From contig OZ024754.1 of the NCBI GenBank assembly GCA_964016885.1, forward strand, positions 13,082,001 to 13,146,000: DNA of 64,000 nt, read 5' to 3'. Within the stretch, counting starts at the first letter, position 1. Every line of letters begins with the position of its first letter. This stretch comes from Eledone cirrhosa (lineage: Eukaryota). This document shows, in pieces, positions 36,751 to 50,353 of this stretch. Both the position numbers and the translations under genes were made by a program. The notes under the pieces are model-generated. The model was not told the origin of the DNA and did not search any database. It worked only from the letters and a program-made list of their open reading frames with translations.

Positions 36751-38290
36751 CCTATCTCTCTCTATATATCTATCTATCTCTATCTCTACCTCTCTCTCTC
36801 TTTCTCTCTCTCTCTATCTCTCTATCTATCTAGCTATCTCTATCTCTAGCTCTATCTTTCTCTCTCTCTCTCTATCTCTATCATTATCTCTCTCTTTCTC
36901 TCTCTTTCTCTCTCTTTCTCTCTCTTTCTCTCTATATATATAAAACTATCTATCTATCTATCTCTATCTCTCACTTTCTGTCTCTCTCACTCTCTCTATT
37001 TCTCTCACTCCTTCTCTCTCTCCCTCTATCTCTATCTCTCTATCTCTCTCTCTCTCTATCTCTCTCTCTCTATCTCTCTCTCACTATATATATATATATA
37101 TATAGTGTCAGTGTGTTTATAGTTGTATGTGTGTATCTGTATATATATGTGTTAGTATGTGTTTGTAAGTGTGTATATGTGTGTATCTGTATATATATGT
37201 GTTAGTATGTGTTTGTAAGTGTGTATATGTGTGTATCTGTATATATATGTGTTAGTATGTGTGTATATGTGTGTATCTGTATATATATATGTGTTAGTAT
37301 GTGTTTGTATGTGTGTATGTTTATTTATCTGTATATATGTGTTAGTATGTGTTTGTATTGAGTATGTTTGTTTGTCTGTATATATGTGTTAGTATGGGTT
37401 TGTATGTGTGTACGTTTGTGTATGTATCTGTGTATATGTGTTTGTATGAGTGTATGTGTATGTATCTGTGTATATCTGTTAGTATGTGTGTGTATGTGTG
37501 TATGTGTTTATGTATGTGTATGTATCTGTGTATATGTGTTAGTATGTGTTTGTCTGTGTGTACGTTTGTGTATGTATGTATATATGTATATATGCATGTA
37601 TATATGTATGTATATATGCATGTATATATGCATATATGTATGCATAAATGTATGTATGTATATATGTATATACGTATATATGTATGTAAGTATGTATGCA
37701 TGTATGCATGTATGCATGTATGTATGTATGTATATGTATATATGTATGTATATATGCATGTATATATGCATGTATATGCATGTATGTATGCATGTATATG
37801 TATATATGTATGTATGTGTATATGTATGTATGTAAGTATGTATGCACGTATATATGTATGTATATACGTATGTATGCATTGATATATGCATGTATAGATG
37901 TATGTATACATATATATATGTATGTATATGTATATATCTATGAATGTATATTTGTATGTATGTATGCAGGTATATATGTATGTATGCATATATGTATGTA
38001 CATATGCATGCATATATGTATGTATGTATGTATGCATATATGTATGTATGCATGTATGCATGCATATATGTATGTATGCATGCATATATGTATGTATATA
38101 TGTATGTATGTGTATATGTGTATATGTATATATGTATGTGTTTGCATGTATGTATGTATGCATGTAAGTATGTATGCAGATATATATGTATGTATATATG
38201 TATGTATATGTGTATATACACATGTATGTATGTATGTATGTATGTATGTATGTATGTATGTATGTATGTATGTATGTATGTATGTGTCTG
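35378..38290. repeat. consecutive degenerate simple-repeat blocks (TA/AGTGTG, CT, TATG)
   Basis: Directly visible: ~35380-36555, 36665-37085, 37110-38285. Confidence 0.93.
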
Positions 38291-38559
38291 TGCCCTCTAT
38301 ATGTGTGTGAACTCCCTGTCAACGCTGTGTACGAAGAAAAAGAAGGTTGGGCGTCAAGGATATCAGCTAATCGATATATCATTTATCTCACGCTAGTGTG
38401 ATATACAGGGTTGTCAATTGCTATAGGTTATCGTAATCAGCCGCTGGTATCAACGAGGGATTAGTTCCACTGACGTCATAATGTATGCTGGGAGGTGGAG
38501 TGACGGTGGGAGAGAGTTGTCTCCCTCTACGGGATGCCGTGACGAGGATTAACATTCAG

Positions 38560-39420
38560 CAACACTACAGCTACTATCACTGCCCCCAACACCATCAACG
38601 TCACCATCACCAACACCACGGCCACCGCCATCACCACTTCCACCAACACTAATCCCACGACCACCACCACTTCCACCAACACCACCACCACCACTACAGC
38701 CACCACCATCACCACTTCCACCAACACTAATCCCACGACCACCACCACTTCCACCAACACCACGACCACCACCACTTCCACCAACACCACTACAGCCACA
38801 ACCATCACCACTTCCACCAACACCACGACCACCACCACAGCAACAACCATCACCACTTCCACCAACACCAACACCACGACCACCACCACAGCAACAACCA
38901 TCACCACTCCACCAACACCATCACCACTTCCACCAACACCAACACCACGACCACCACCACTTCCACCAACACCACCACCACTACAGCCACCACCATCACC
39001 ACTTCCACCAACACCAACACCACGACCACCACCACAGCAACAACCATCACCACTTCCACCAACACCAACACCACGACCACCACCCCTTCCACCAACACCA
39101 CCACCACGACCATCACCACTTCCACCAACACCACCACCACCGACCACCACCACTTCCACCACGACCACCACCACTACAGCCACCACCAAATCCAACATCG
39201 CCAACATCACAATCAACACCACTACCATTACTACTACATCCAACAACAACTCCATCAACACCAACAACACCACCACCATCACCCACCTCCACCACTACCA
39301 ACAACAACAACAACAACAACACCCCCAACACCAACACCACTGCTATCACCACAACCAACAATAACAACACTAACAGCAACAACAGTAACAACAGCAACAA
39401 CACCCAACACAAACACCAGC
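38560..39420. repeat. degenerate (CAC/CAA)n tract
   Basis: Directly visible, with internal longer-period repetition. Confidence 0.9.
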
Positions 39421-39767
39421 TACATAACGAAATTGCCATGAACTCTACAATGTAACAATTAAGATGTCGTCGTGATATTCCAGCAGGAGCATGAATCTCT
39501 CTCGTCGGTTCATACAGAATTGAATGTTTTTAAGTACTGACGTGAATATTACCTATAGCAACACTAGAACAACGCTTTAAACACACGACCTTTCATCTTA
39601 CAACGGATTAAACTATATCTCCTAAGTATTTCTTATCTTTTTATTTTTTTCGAAATTATATTTTAGAATTCGTATAAAAGTGAAGCTGCGTAAGACATCT
39701 TTTACAGTTTGTTATATTGATTGGCTATTGTTGAGAGCCTGGTTGAAGCCGATCGTGGGTGCGGATC

Positions 39768-40006
39768 TGGCTCTAAAGTATAGATCTCGCTCTCAAGTCT
39801 AAAGGCTGTCTCAAGTCCTGAGCTCTAAAGTCTGTCTCAAGCCCTGAGCTCTCAAGTCTAAAGTCTGTCTCGAGACCTGAGCTCTAAAGTCTGTCTTAAG
39901 TCCTGAGCTCTAAAGTCTGTCTAAAGTCTGTCTCGGGCCCTGAGCTCTAAAGTCTGTTTCAAGCTCTGGGCTCTAAAGTCTAAAGTCTGTCTCAAGCCCT
40001 GAGCTC
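39768..40006. repeat. ~26-bp minisatellite
   Basis: Unit ~GAGCTCTAAAGTCTGTCTCAAG[T/C]CCT, about 7-8 variable copies. Confidence 0.85.
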
Positions 40007-40039
40007 ATCTGACCGGTGATTTTGTCGGTTCACGTGGCG

Positions 40040-40264
40040 TTAAGAGACTGAGAGTACGAGACTTCACTCCCTGGACATGACGCCAATCCATCATTGGGTT
40101 AAACCCCCAGCTATTGCTGCTGGTACTCATTTTCAGCTGATTATGTTGGAGCAACGGGAAATTAAGTGTTTGCTCAAGAATATCACACACAACCCAGTCC
40201 AGGAATCAAACACTTGACATTATGGTCGCAAGCCCAACAACCTTACTACTAAATCACGAGCCTC
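40040..40264 (-). mobile_element. tRNA-derived SINE, family 2 (diverged)
   Basis: Reverse complement carries CAGCTGAAAATGAGTACC and GATGGATTGGCGTCATGTCCAGG, as in 10363-10596. Confidence 0.7.
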
Positions 40265-40734
40265 TATCTCGGTGGTAGTATAAAGTAGTAATCTTTCATG
40301 TATTTCAAAGGTTTCAAAGGCTGTTCATGTTTATAGTACACACAAGAATCAAATTCTGAATGAACTTACGATCCAATCCATGTTTCTGCTAGCCTATCGT
40401 AATTCGCACAACTGTGAGGCCTGCTCTATTTGAACAGTATTGTGGGGAGTTACATAGCTAGGCCATGGATAGAATATTGTATTGGTGTGACAGGATACAA
40501 ATACGAGACTAAACGGCTGGTTGTCTAGTACACTATCGATTCAATTATGTGCCGTTGTCATGGAATATGTAGATGATACAAAACCACAGGTCTACTAGTT
40601 ATTAATCGATAACGGTTGATGCTAATGCTGGTACTGGTAATGATGAACATCTTGTTTGATAAAAGAAAAAAATGATTTCTTATTTAGGCACAAGACCTGC
40701 AATTAACAAAATGGAGAAATCCGATTATATCGAC

Positions 40735-40873
<139 letters not shown>

Positions 40874-40875
40874 TG

Positions 40876-41000
40876 TATCGCGGATTCAATCGGGGGTAAC
40901 CATAGTAAGGTACTCAATACATAGTAGAGTATATGCAATGTTTAATATAGCAATAGCTTCTACAGGACTAGAACTGTAGAAGCCATTTCAATATTAAACA
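40876..41000 (-). mobile_element. minimal snap-back copy of the CAGGACTAGAACTG hammerhead family
   Basis: Tail GGGTAACC..AGTAAGGTACTCAATACATAG matches 45500-45545. It folds back within the stem III sequence (CTACAG...CTGTAG). Confidence 0.7.
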
Positions 41001-41128
41001 ATAATATATATATATATATATCCCCCCCCCCCCACACACACACACACTTTCACCAAGCGTGAAACTAATAATATTTGTAACATTTACTCCTGCGTTTGTC
41101 TGTTTTTTTTTTGTTTTCTGTTATTCCG

Positions 41129-41180
<52 letters not shown>

Positions 41181-41217
41181 GTATATATGTATATATATAT
41201 GTATATATGTATATATG

Positions 41218-41252
<35 letters not shown>

Positions 41253-41270
41253 ATATGTGTGTGTGCGTGC

Positions 41271-41320
<50 letters not shown>

Positions 41321-41323
41321 ATG

Positions 41324-41371
<48 letters not shown>

Positions 41372-42252
41372 TGTGTGTGTGTGTATGCGTGTGTGTGTAT
41401 TTATCATACGTATGTAATGAAAATCTACGGCCACTGAGACATAAATTGTCACTTTATGCACAGCAAGAGATGACTTTAATTCTATATTGCATGTGTAAAT
41501 CATCTCTATTTGAAGGTGGAAGTTAATAATTGTAACTATATCGGCTATCATTTGTGAAAATTAAGAAGAGAATATTCCATAGAATTTGCTAATGATTTGG
41601 CAAATCCTTCTCCCTTCAGTTTAAACATTAAATGCACTGTAATATTACCATGGTTATTCTTAGAATCGCCTCATAACATACAGTGTCTATACTGTGAAAA
41701 TACGGAGAGCCCGTTCCTTTGATTCCAAAGACCAGCAATCCATCGTAGTAAAAGGTAACAAATAACCGTTTCCCAAGGAAATTTATCCCAGATGGTCCTA
41801 TATTTGTAGTTCAAGTACTCAATTAAAACTCAAATTATATACATTACTGGAAGACATAATCACAAGATCATTGTTTAGAATTGTGGAAACATTCTGTCAT
41901 TCCATTGAATTGTTAAATAAAATAAAACCAGCAGTACCTCAGGCTCATATTCCCATCCTATAGAATATAAACGACTATTGTGGAAAATTCGTGAAAATAT
42001 GTAGCTAATTCTTTCTCGACTAATTACAAGGCTAAGTAAGCCTCGACAATATCATAAAAATATGTTATTTTCAAAGACCGTCTGCTGAAGCAAATCTCGA
42101 CTCATCCAGTATCGATAACAAAGATGGCTGTTATGGACGCTACAACGTCAGTTTTAATGTGCAATAAACACACAAACACCCATCCACACATACATATGTA
42201 TATACGCATATATGTACAGGTCTCACTCACTGGACAAATAAATGGGCTATAT

Positions 42253-42346
<94 letters not shown>

Positions 42347-42449
42347 TATACATACATACACATATATATATATATATACTTATATCTATATATATATATA
42401 TATATATACTTATATGTATATATATATGTGTGTCTGTGTGTGTGTATAG

Positions 42450-42543
<94 letters not shown>

Positions 42544-42978
42544 GTGCGCGTGTGTGTGTGTATGTGTGTGTGAAAGAGTGTATGTGCGTACAGAGAGAAA
42601 TAGAGACGAAAGAGAAAGGGAGAGGGGAATAATTTGGCGACTGAGACAGAGAGTAGATGATTCCATTAGCCTTCCGAATTCGGAAGTTTCTCCAGCAACA
42701 TCGCTCTCTCTATGAATATTTCAACAAACAAAACCCATTCCAAGAATATTCTCCATGTTCCAAAGTGCCTTCTCTTTAATTTGACAGTTAATTGCATCTA
42801 ATGAATGGGAAATGTTGCGAGCAGAACTCTTTAAGTGGATGTTGAATGAACTTTTGAAATTCTGTTTTTAAAAACAGGACTCGGGTACTTTTTAATTGTA
42901 TTTCGTTTTTGCTTACTTCATATATGTGCATCTATGTATAATTTTTTTACACAAATCACACGAAAAAAGACATGCATG

Positions 42979-43022
<44 letters not shown>

Positions 43023-43092
43023 ACACATTCTCGTATGTATATTTGTATGTATATGTTTTATGTATAAATATATACAACGTATTATATATATT

Positions 43093-44039
<947 letters not shown>

Positions 44040-44239
44040 CAAAGATACACTAGGACATGCACACATATGTATTCACATGTGCACACACACACACACATAT
44101 ATATATATATACACACACTCACACATACATAACATATAAAATTGCATCAGAAGAATGAGTGTGCTTACAGCCGTATTTACCTACATGTTAATATAGAAAG
44201 GTGTGATTCATATATATACACATTCACACATATATTTAC

Positions 44240-44282
<43 letters not shown>

Positions 44283-44389
44283 CACGCACGCATACATAAA
44301 CATATAGCAATTAGTAAATCCAGCGGCGAGCCCTCTCCGTTTCTGTTGGCCCGTATATATATCTATATATATATATATAGATATATATA

Positions 44390-44442
<53 letters not shown>

Positions 44443-44455
44443 GTGAGGTATAGAG

Positions 44456-44498
<43 letters not shown>

Positions 44499-44504
<6 letters not shown>

Positions 44505-44816
44505 AGATCAAAAGATGGTTAAAAGAGTTCCATGTACTTTATTATGCGCAAAAACAAATATCATCATGGGATGATATTTGCGTTCTCATCGCAAGTGTTT
44601 TTTAAGCTTCATATCATGTCTCCCTATTTTATCTGATGAGAACGCAAATATCATCTCATGATGATATTTGTTTTTGAAATGCGCATAATAAAATACATGG
44701 AACTCTTTTAACCATCTTTTGATCTTATATTATTTATACTCCTGTCTTATAAACTGTGGAGTGCTACTTATCCGGTATTTGCATTGCTTTATTGTGGTAC
44801 AATAAAACTCACCTCC

Positions 44817-44818
<2 letters not shown>
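44499..44818 (+). mobile_element. snap-back pLTR-like element with type I hammerhead
   Basis: Inverted arms ~44499-44590 / 44635-44731 plus a ~87-nt 3' tail, (TA)n-flanked. Confidence 0.75.
44625..44695 (+). ncRNA. type I hammerhead ribozyme motif
   Basis: TATTTTAT-CTGATGA-GAACGCAAATATCATC-TCAT-GATGATATTTGTTTTT-GAA-ATGCGCAT-A-ATAAAATA. 8-bp stem I, long stem II, palindromic stem III, AUA site. Confidence 0.85.
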
Positions 44819-44847
<29 letters not shown>

Positions 44848-44849
<2 letters not shown>

Positions 44850-45032
44850 CGAAGGAAGTGTGGTAAGGAAACAGGTGGCCATAACGCACCAGAGTACTCA
44901 ATACTTAGGGTAATAGGAAAATGTACAAGACCCCGACGGCAGAGCTCAAGCCGTCTCGACGGCTATTTCAGTCCAGAAATAGCCGTCGAAACGGCTTGAT
45001 CTCTGCCGTCGCGGTCTTGAAAATGTTCTTCT
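44848..45032 (-). mobile_element. snap-back element, GACGGCTGAGCTC family
   Basis: Homologous to 6043-6235 with the same tail start AACGAAGGAA. Confidence 0.75.
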
Positions 45033-45078
45033 ATATACATATATATATGTAATATATATATGTAATATATATATATAT

Positions 45079-45280
45079 AGTTTTAATATAGATGAGATTC
45101 GACAGGACTAGAACTGTTTCATTCTTTAGAAATCATCAGAAATCAGATTCCTGATGATTTCTAAAGAATGAAACAGTTCTAGTCCTGTAGAATCTCATCT
45201 ATATTAAAACTTTTATACTCTGCAATGTATTGAGTACCTTACTTACTGCGGTTACCTCCGATTCAACCCGGAATAACGTA
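45079..45280 (+). mobile_element. snap-back element, CAGGACTAGAACTG family, with a hammerhead on each strand
   Basis: Arms 45079-45144 / 45146-45211 plus a ~70-nt tail. Confidence 0.8.
45145..45195 (+). ncRNA. type I hammerhead ribozyme motif
   Basis: AGATTC-CTGATGA-TTTCTAAAGAAT-GAA-ACAG-TTCTAGTC-CTGT-A-GAATCT. GUA site; the mirror copy at 45094-45144 (-) has GUC. The first stem II pair is U-U. Confidence 0.75.
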
Positions 45281-45301
45281 TATATATATATATATACATA
45301 T

Positions 45302-45438
45302 AGACCCCGACGGCTGAGCTCAAGCCGTTTCGACGGCTAATTCTGTACTGAATGAAAAATCAGAACTGATTTTTCATTCAGTACAGAATTAGCCGTCGAA
45401 ACGGCTTGAGCTCAGCCGTCGGGGTCCTACTCGTTCCT

Positions 45439-45439
<1 letters not shown>
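45302..45439. mobile_element. palindromic copy of the GACGGCTGAGCTC family
   Basis: Perfect hairpin centred at ~45364. Confidence 0.75.
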
Positions 45440-45481
<42 letters not shown>

Positions 45482-45484
<3 letters not shown>

Positions 45485-45677
45485 GTTATTCCGGGTTGAA
45501 TCGGAGGTAACCACAGTAAGTAAGGTACTCAATACATAGCAGAGTATAAAAGTTTTAATATAGATGAGATTCTACAGGACTAGAACTGTTTCATTCATTA
45601 GAAATCATCAGGAATCCTGATGATTTCTAATGAATGAAACAGTTCTAGTCCTGTAGAATCTCATCTATATTAAAACT
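45482..45677 (-). mobile_element. snap-back element, CAGGACTAGAACTG family (inverted relative to 45079-45280)
   Basis: Tail 45482-45550, arms 45551-45612 / 45616-45677, hammerhead 45568-45616 (-). Confidence 0.8.
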
Positions 45678-45689
45678 ATATATATATAT

Positions 45690-45941
45690 ATATATATATA
45701 ACTATATATATGTATATATATATATATATACTTATATAATATATATTGATATGCTGAAATATTTAGAAGAGAAATATATTAGATTTTACTTTTAGACTTC
45801 TATTGAATGCAGGAACTCAAGCGCTCACCAATTCTCCCTCACACCAGAATCTGTTGATAGATCATAAAACCACATGATTAACTGTCAAAATAGAGGATCT
45901 GTGTGAATACATGTATATATTTATATGTAGGTATATATATA

Positions 45942-46027
<86 letters not shown>

Positions 46028-46285
46028 TATATATATACCTACATATAAATATATACATGTATTCACACAGATCCTCTATTTTGACAGTTAATCATGTGGT
46101 TTTATGATCTATCAACAGATTCTGGTGTGAGGGAGAATTGGTGAGCGCTTGAGTTCCTGCATTCAATAGAAGTCTAAAAGTAAAATCTAATATATTTCTC
46201 TTCTAAATATTTCAGCATATCAATATATATTATATAAGTATATATATATATATATACATATATATAGTTATATATATATATATAT
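45690..46285. repeat. ~600-bp apparently perfect palindrome centred on (TA)n, adjacent to the gap
   Basis: Identical ORFs on opposite strands (45878-46066 -, 45903-46091 +); arms look identical by eye. Confidence 0.85.
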
Positions 46286-46329
46286 AACTATATATATGTA
46301 TATATATATATAATATAGTTATATATATA

Positions 46330-46529
46330 NNNNNNNNNNNNNNNNNNNNNNNNNNNNNNNNNNNNNNNNNNNNNNNNNNNNNNNNNNNNNNNNNNNNNNN
46401 NNNNNNNNNNNNNNNNNNNNNNNNNNNNNNNNNNNNNNNNNNNNNNNNNNNNNNNNNNNNNNNNNNNNNNNNNNNNNNNNNNNNNNNNNNNNNNNNNNNN
46501 NNNNNNNNNNNNNNNNNNNNNNNNNNNNN
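46330..46529. other. assembly gap (200 N)
   Basis: Run of N. Confidence 1.
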
Positions 46530-46705
46530 ATATATACATATATATATACTTATATATATACATATATATATATATACATATATATATACATATATATATA
46601 TACATATATATATACATATATATATATATACATATATATATACATATATACATATATATATACATATATATATACATATATATATATATATACATATATA
46701 TATAC

Positions 46706-46746
<41 letters not shown>

Positions 46747-47276
46747 CATATATATATACATATATATATACATATATATATACATATATATATATATACA
46801 TATATATATACATATATATATACATATATATATATACATATACACATATATATATACATATATATACACATATATATATACATATATATACATATACACA
46901 TATATATATACATATATATACATATACACATATATATATACATATATATATACATATATATATATACATATACACATATATATATATATACATATACACA
47001 TATATATATACATATATATATATATATACATATACACATATATATATACATATACACATATATATATACATATACACATATATATATACATATACACATA
47101 TATATATACATATACACATATATAAAATACATATACACATATATATATACATATACACATATATATATACATATACACATATATATATACATATACACAT
47201 ATATATATACATATACATATACATACATATATATATACATATACATATACATATACACATATATATATATACATAT

Positions 47277-47327
<51 letters not shown>

Positions 47328-49825
47328 CTAGCAGAAGTACCCGGCGTTGCCTAGGTGTAAGTCGACCTTTGGTCTGTTAGAATGTGTGAAAGTTACTTCC
47401 CGCGCATCACAGGTTCAAAACTTCGAACTTCAATGAAAAAAAATAGGTTAGTAGACACAGGTGTGTAATTTATTAATTGTAGTTACACAAGTGTATCGTT
47501 GAAATTGTTCTCTGCACGACACACAGGAGTCAAAATCGCTTGATATTGAATGTTCAGTTAATTTAAAGCAGGGTGAAAATGTCGATTACTTTCAGGGTTT
47601 TTTTTGTTTACAATTTTTGAGCTCACATGTGCAGAAGAATTAAAAGAGCCTTTATCTTAACCGCGGCATAATGGCGAGTCTTTTGTGACAGTTTTCAAGA
47701 ATATAGGACGTTCCTGTAAAAAGTTTTCCCATGTGTAACTTTGCCTTGTTTTTTTGCGCAAAGTCGAGCCCCGCTTCAGTTTTATTGATTTTTTACATCA
47801 ATGCGTGATCTCTGAAGTAGATTTGAGTAGCTAAAAACCTGTCCCGGTAAATTTGCTATAGGTGAAAAAAAGTTGATCAAAATTGTATCTAGGGTTATTG
47901 CCCTTTGCCACAGCCTCAAGCCTCGTCTGACGGGATGTTGGTGATTCCTCCGTCAGCGCTTGTTGGCGACGAAGGCGAACATCAGCAAGCCTTGTCGTAC
48001 GTGATGTTGGTGACTCAACCAGCCGGGAAAGACGTCTATCAGCGAGTCGAGATTCGCGCTCAATAGGTCTTTCTTAGAGAAAATTAATTAATTCTACTGG
48101 TTAGCTAAGCCAATGGCAGTGTCAATAGTAAATGAGAAAAGTCTAACATGAACAAAAGGGTATCAAGGTAAGACAATAAATTTAATATAACTACGATTAG
48201 AATGTTGTAGTTGCTTAAAAGTGGTGACAGTTAGGATAAACGCAGTACTTGCTAACATTAAGGGAGAATATTGCATAAAGGATTAATAAATTGTGAATGA
48301 ACTCATACCTGAGAACGCCTAATTCGTTGTCTCAAAGCAATAGCTGTACCTTTTTTGGAGGTAAGTCTTGAACGTTTCCGTGTGGGCATAACGACGTGTA
48401 ACGAAGCTGTTAAGTTAGAGAGAGGTGATTAAATACAGAGAGAGATGACACCAGATTCGTTAGCATGGTTACTGGTGAATGGGAAGGTTTGGAAATATGA
48501 TTACAATAACTTACCGAATTTTCCCGTCTATAAATTGCACTTAAAATAATTAAATTTAATCAAAAAACAGCTCTGTGCTTTATACTCCGGTGAGCCTTAT
48601 GTATAAATAATACAATGGTAATCAATCACGGCTCTAACAGAAGTAATAGATCTAGACTAAAAGTAAAGAAGATAGCATTTTCTGGTTGGCCTTATACGCC
48701 GTTGCGCGGACCTGATTTTAAATGATACGCCTTATATCCTGGTGAGCCTTATAGAGCGGAAAATATCTATTGGAAAAGAATACGAATTCATGACCAAGGT
48801 GTGACAAAATAGGCGTCTATACAGCGCCTGAAACAAACTTGTCCAAAACCCTAGGATTTTTCTCGTTAAGTATCCACCCAAAAGGAACCGTTTTTTAGTT
48901 ACAAAAAATAACCAAAGTGTATAGTAGCTATATTTCTGACATATCATGCCAAAAAGAACAATATATTCAAAAAATGTTCTAAAGTACATTCAATCTCTCT
49001 TTTTGACCGATATCTTAATAAGCAAGTTATCGATTTTTTATTGGCTGTCAGTGTCTATCTGCATGCAGGTGTGCACGTGTGTGCAATTAATTGCAAATAC
49101 GCTCATAACATTTAGTCGTAAGCAGAACAAAAAATGCCATTAGAGGTGGGCTAATAATGAAGACACAGACCCTGGTGAACTTACGTTTAAACACCCGAAA
49201 AGTTACTCACTTCCTGTGCAAAAGACTGTATTATATATTAAGTAATTTTTTAGAATCTTTTATTTAAAAAAGGAAAACATTGGTACGACGTAAATTTTTT
49301 TTACTTGTATTGTATATGTACAACACAACCTGCTCAACGTATTATTTAGTAATTTTTTTTTAAAAAAGCATGATCATTTAAGACTGTTTGAAAATTTACT
49401 CACAGCTTTTAGGTTCACAAAAGACACCATTAAATTTGGTTCCCTTTTCAGATAGGGATAATACTGTATTTCCACTTGAATAAGGTGGAATATGAAAAGA
49501 AACTCTTTAATGGTCGGTCGTTTACTGAGACAGCTGGCCGTCCAATCAATAACGCATGTCCTTATATGGGCATATGAAATTTATTTTTATTGCGCCAGAT
49601 GTAAACTAAGAGTTCTTGTGTTCGAATTCACATAAAATTTCATTGGAATCGCAAAACATTCTGTCATAGGGCCCGATTATAGATTTTTCGAAAATTTCAA
49701 GTAGCCTATTCCACTCTACGCGTTGAGTTTTATATATGTGTGAGGTTTCATGAAAATTGGATGAACGGTGTAGCAGGCAAGTTCGGTACACTAAACAATG
49801 TCCATCTTCCCTTTATATATATAGA
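47328..49825 (-). mobile_element. non-autonomous Helitron (~2.5 kb)
   Basis: Minus strand begins A|TCTATATATATAAAGGGAAG (49825) and ends with hairpin CCTAGGCAACGCCGGG then TACTTCTG-CTAG|T (47328). AT target, no Rep/helicase ORF. That the two ends belong to one element is an inference. Confidence 0.75.
48514..48767. mobile_element. decayed Tc2/pogo-like MITE nested in the Helitron
   Basis: TA-flanked imperfect TIRs CCGAATTTTCCCGTCTATAAATTGCAC / GTGAGCCTTATAGAGCGGAAAATATC, with repeated subterminal GCCTTAT motifs. Confidence 0.55.
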
Positions 49826-49874
49826 TATAATGTATGTGTAAATTATAAATATAAATATATATGTATGTATCTCC

Positions 49875-49969
<95 letters not shown>

Positions 49970-49970
49970 C

Positions 49971-50001
<31 letters not shown>

Positions 50002-50076
50002 CATATATATATATACATATATATATATATACATATATATATATACATATATATATACATATATATATATATATAC

Positions 50077-50147
<71 letters not shown>

Positions 50148-50164
50148 TACATATATATATATAC

Positions 50165-50227
<63 letters not shown>

Positions 50228-50318
50228 GTACGTGTATATTATAATAATAAATATATATGTATGTATCTCTGTGTGTGTATATATATATATATGTATGTAT
50301 GTATATGTATGTATAACT

Positions 50319-50350
<32 letters not shown>

Positions 50351-50353
<3 letters not shown>

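Noticed and set aside
40362-40430. Possible minus-strand host exon ending in GTAAGT
   Set aside because: Weak acceptor, ~19 codons with no recognisable similarity, no partner exons
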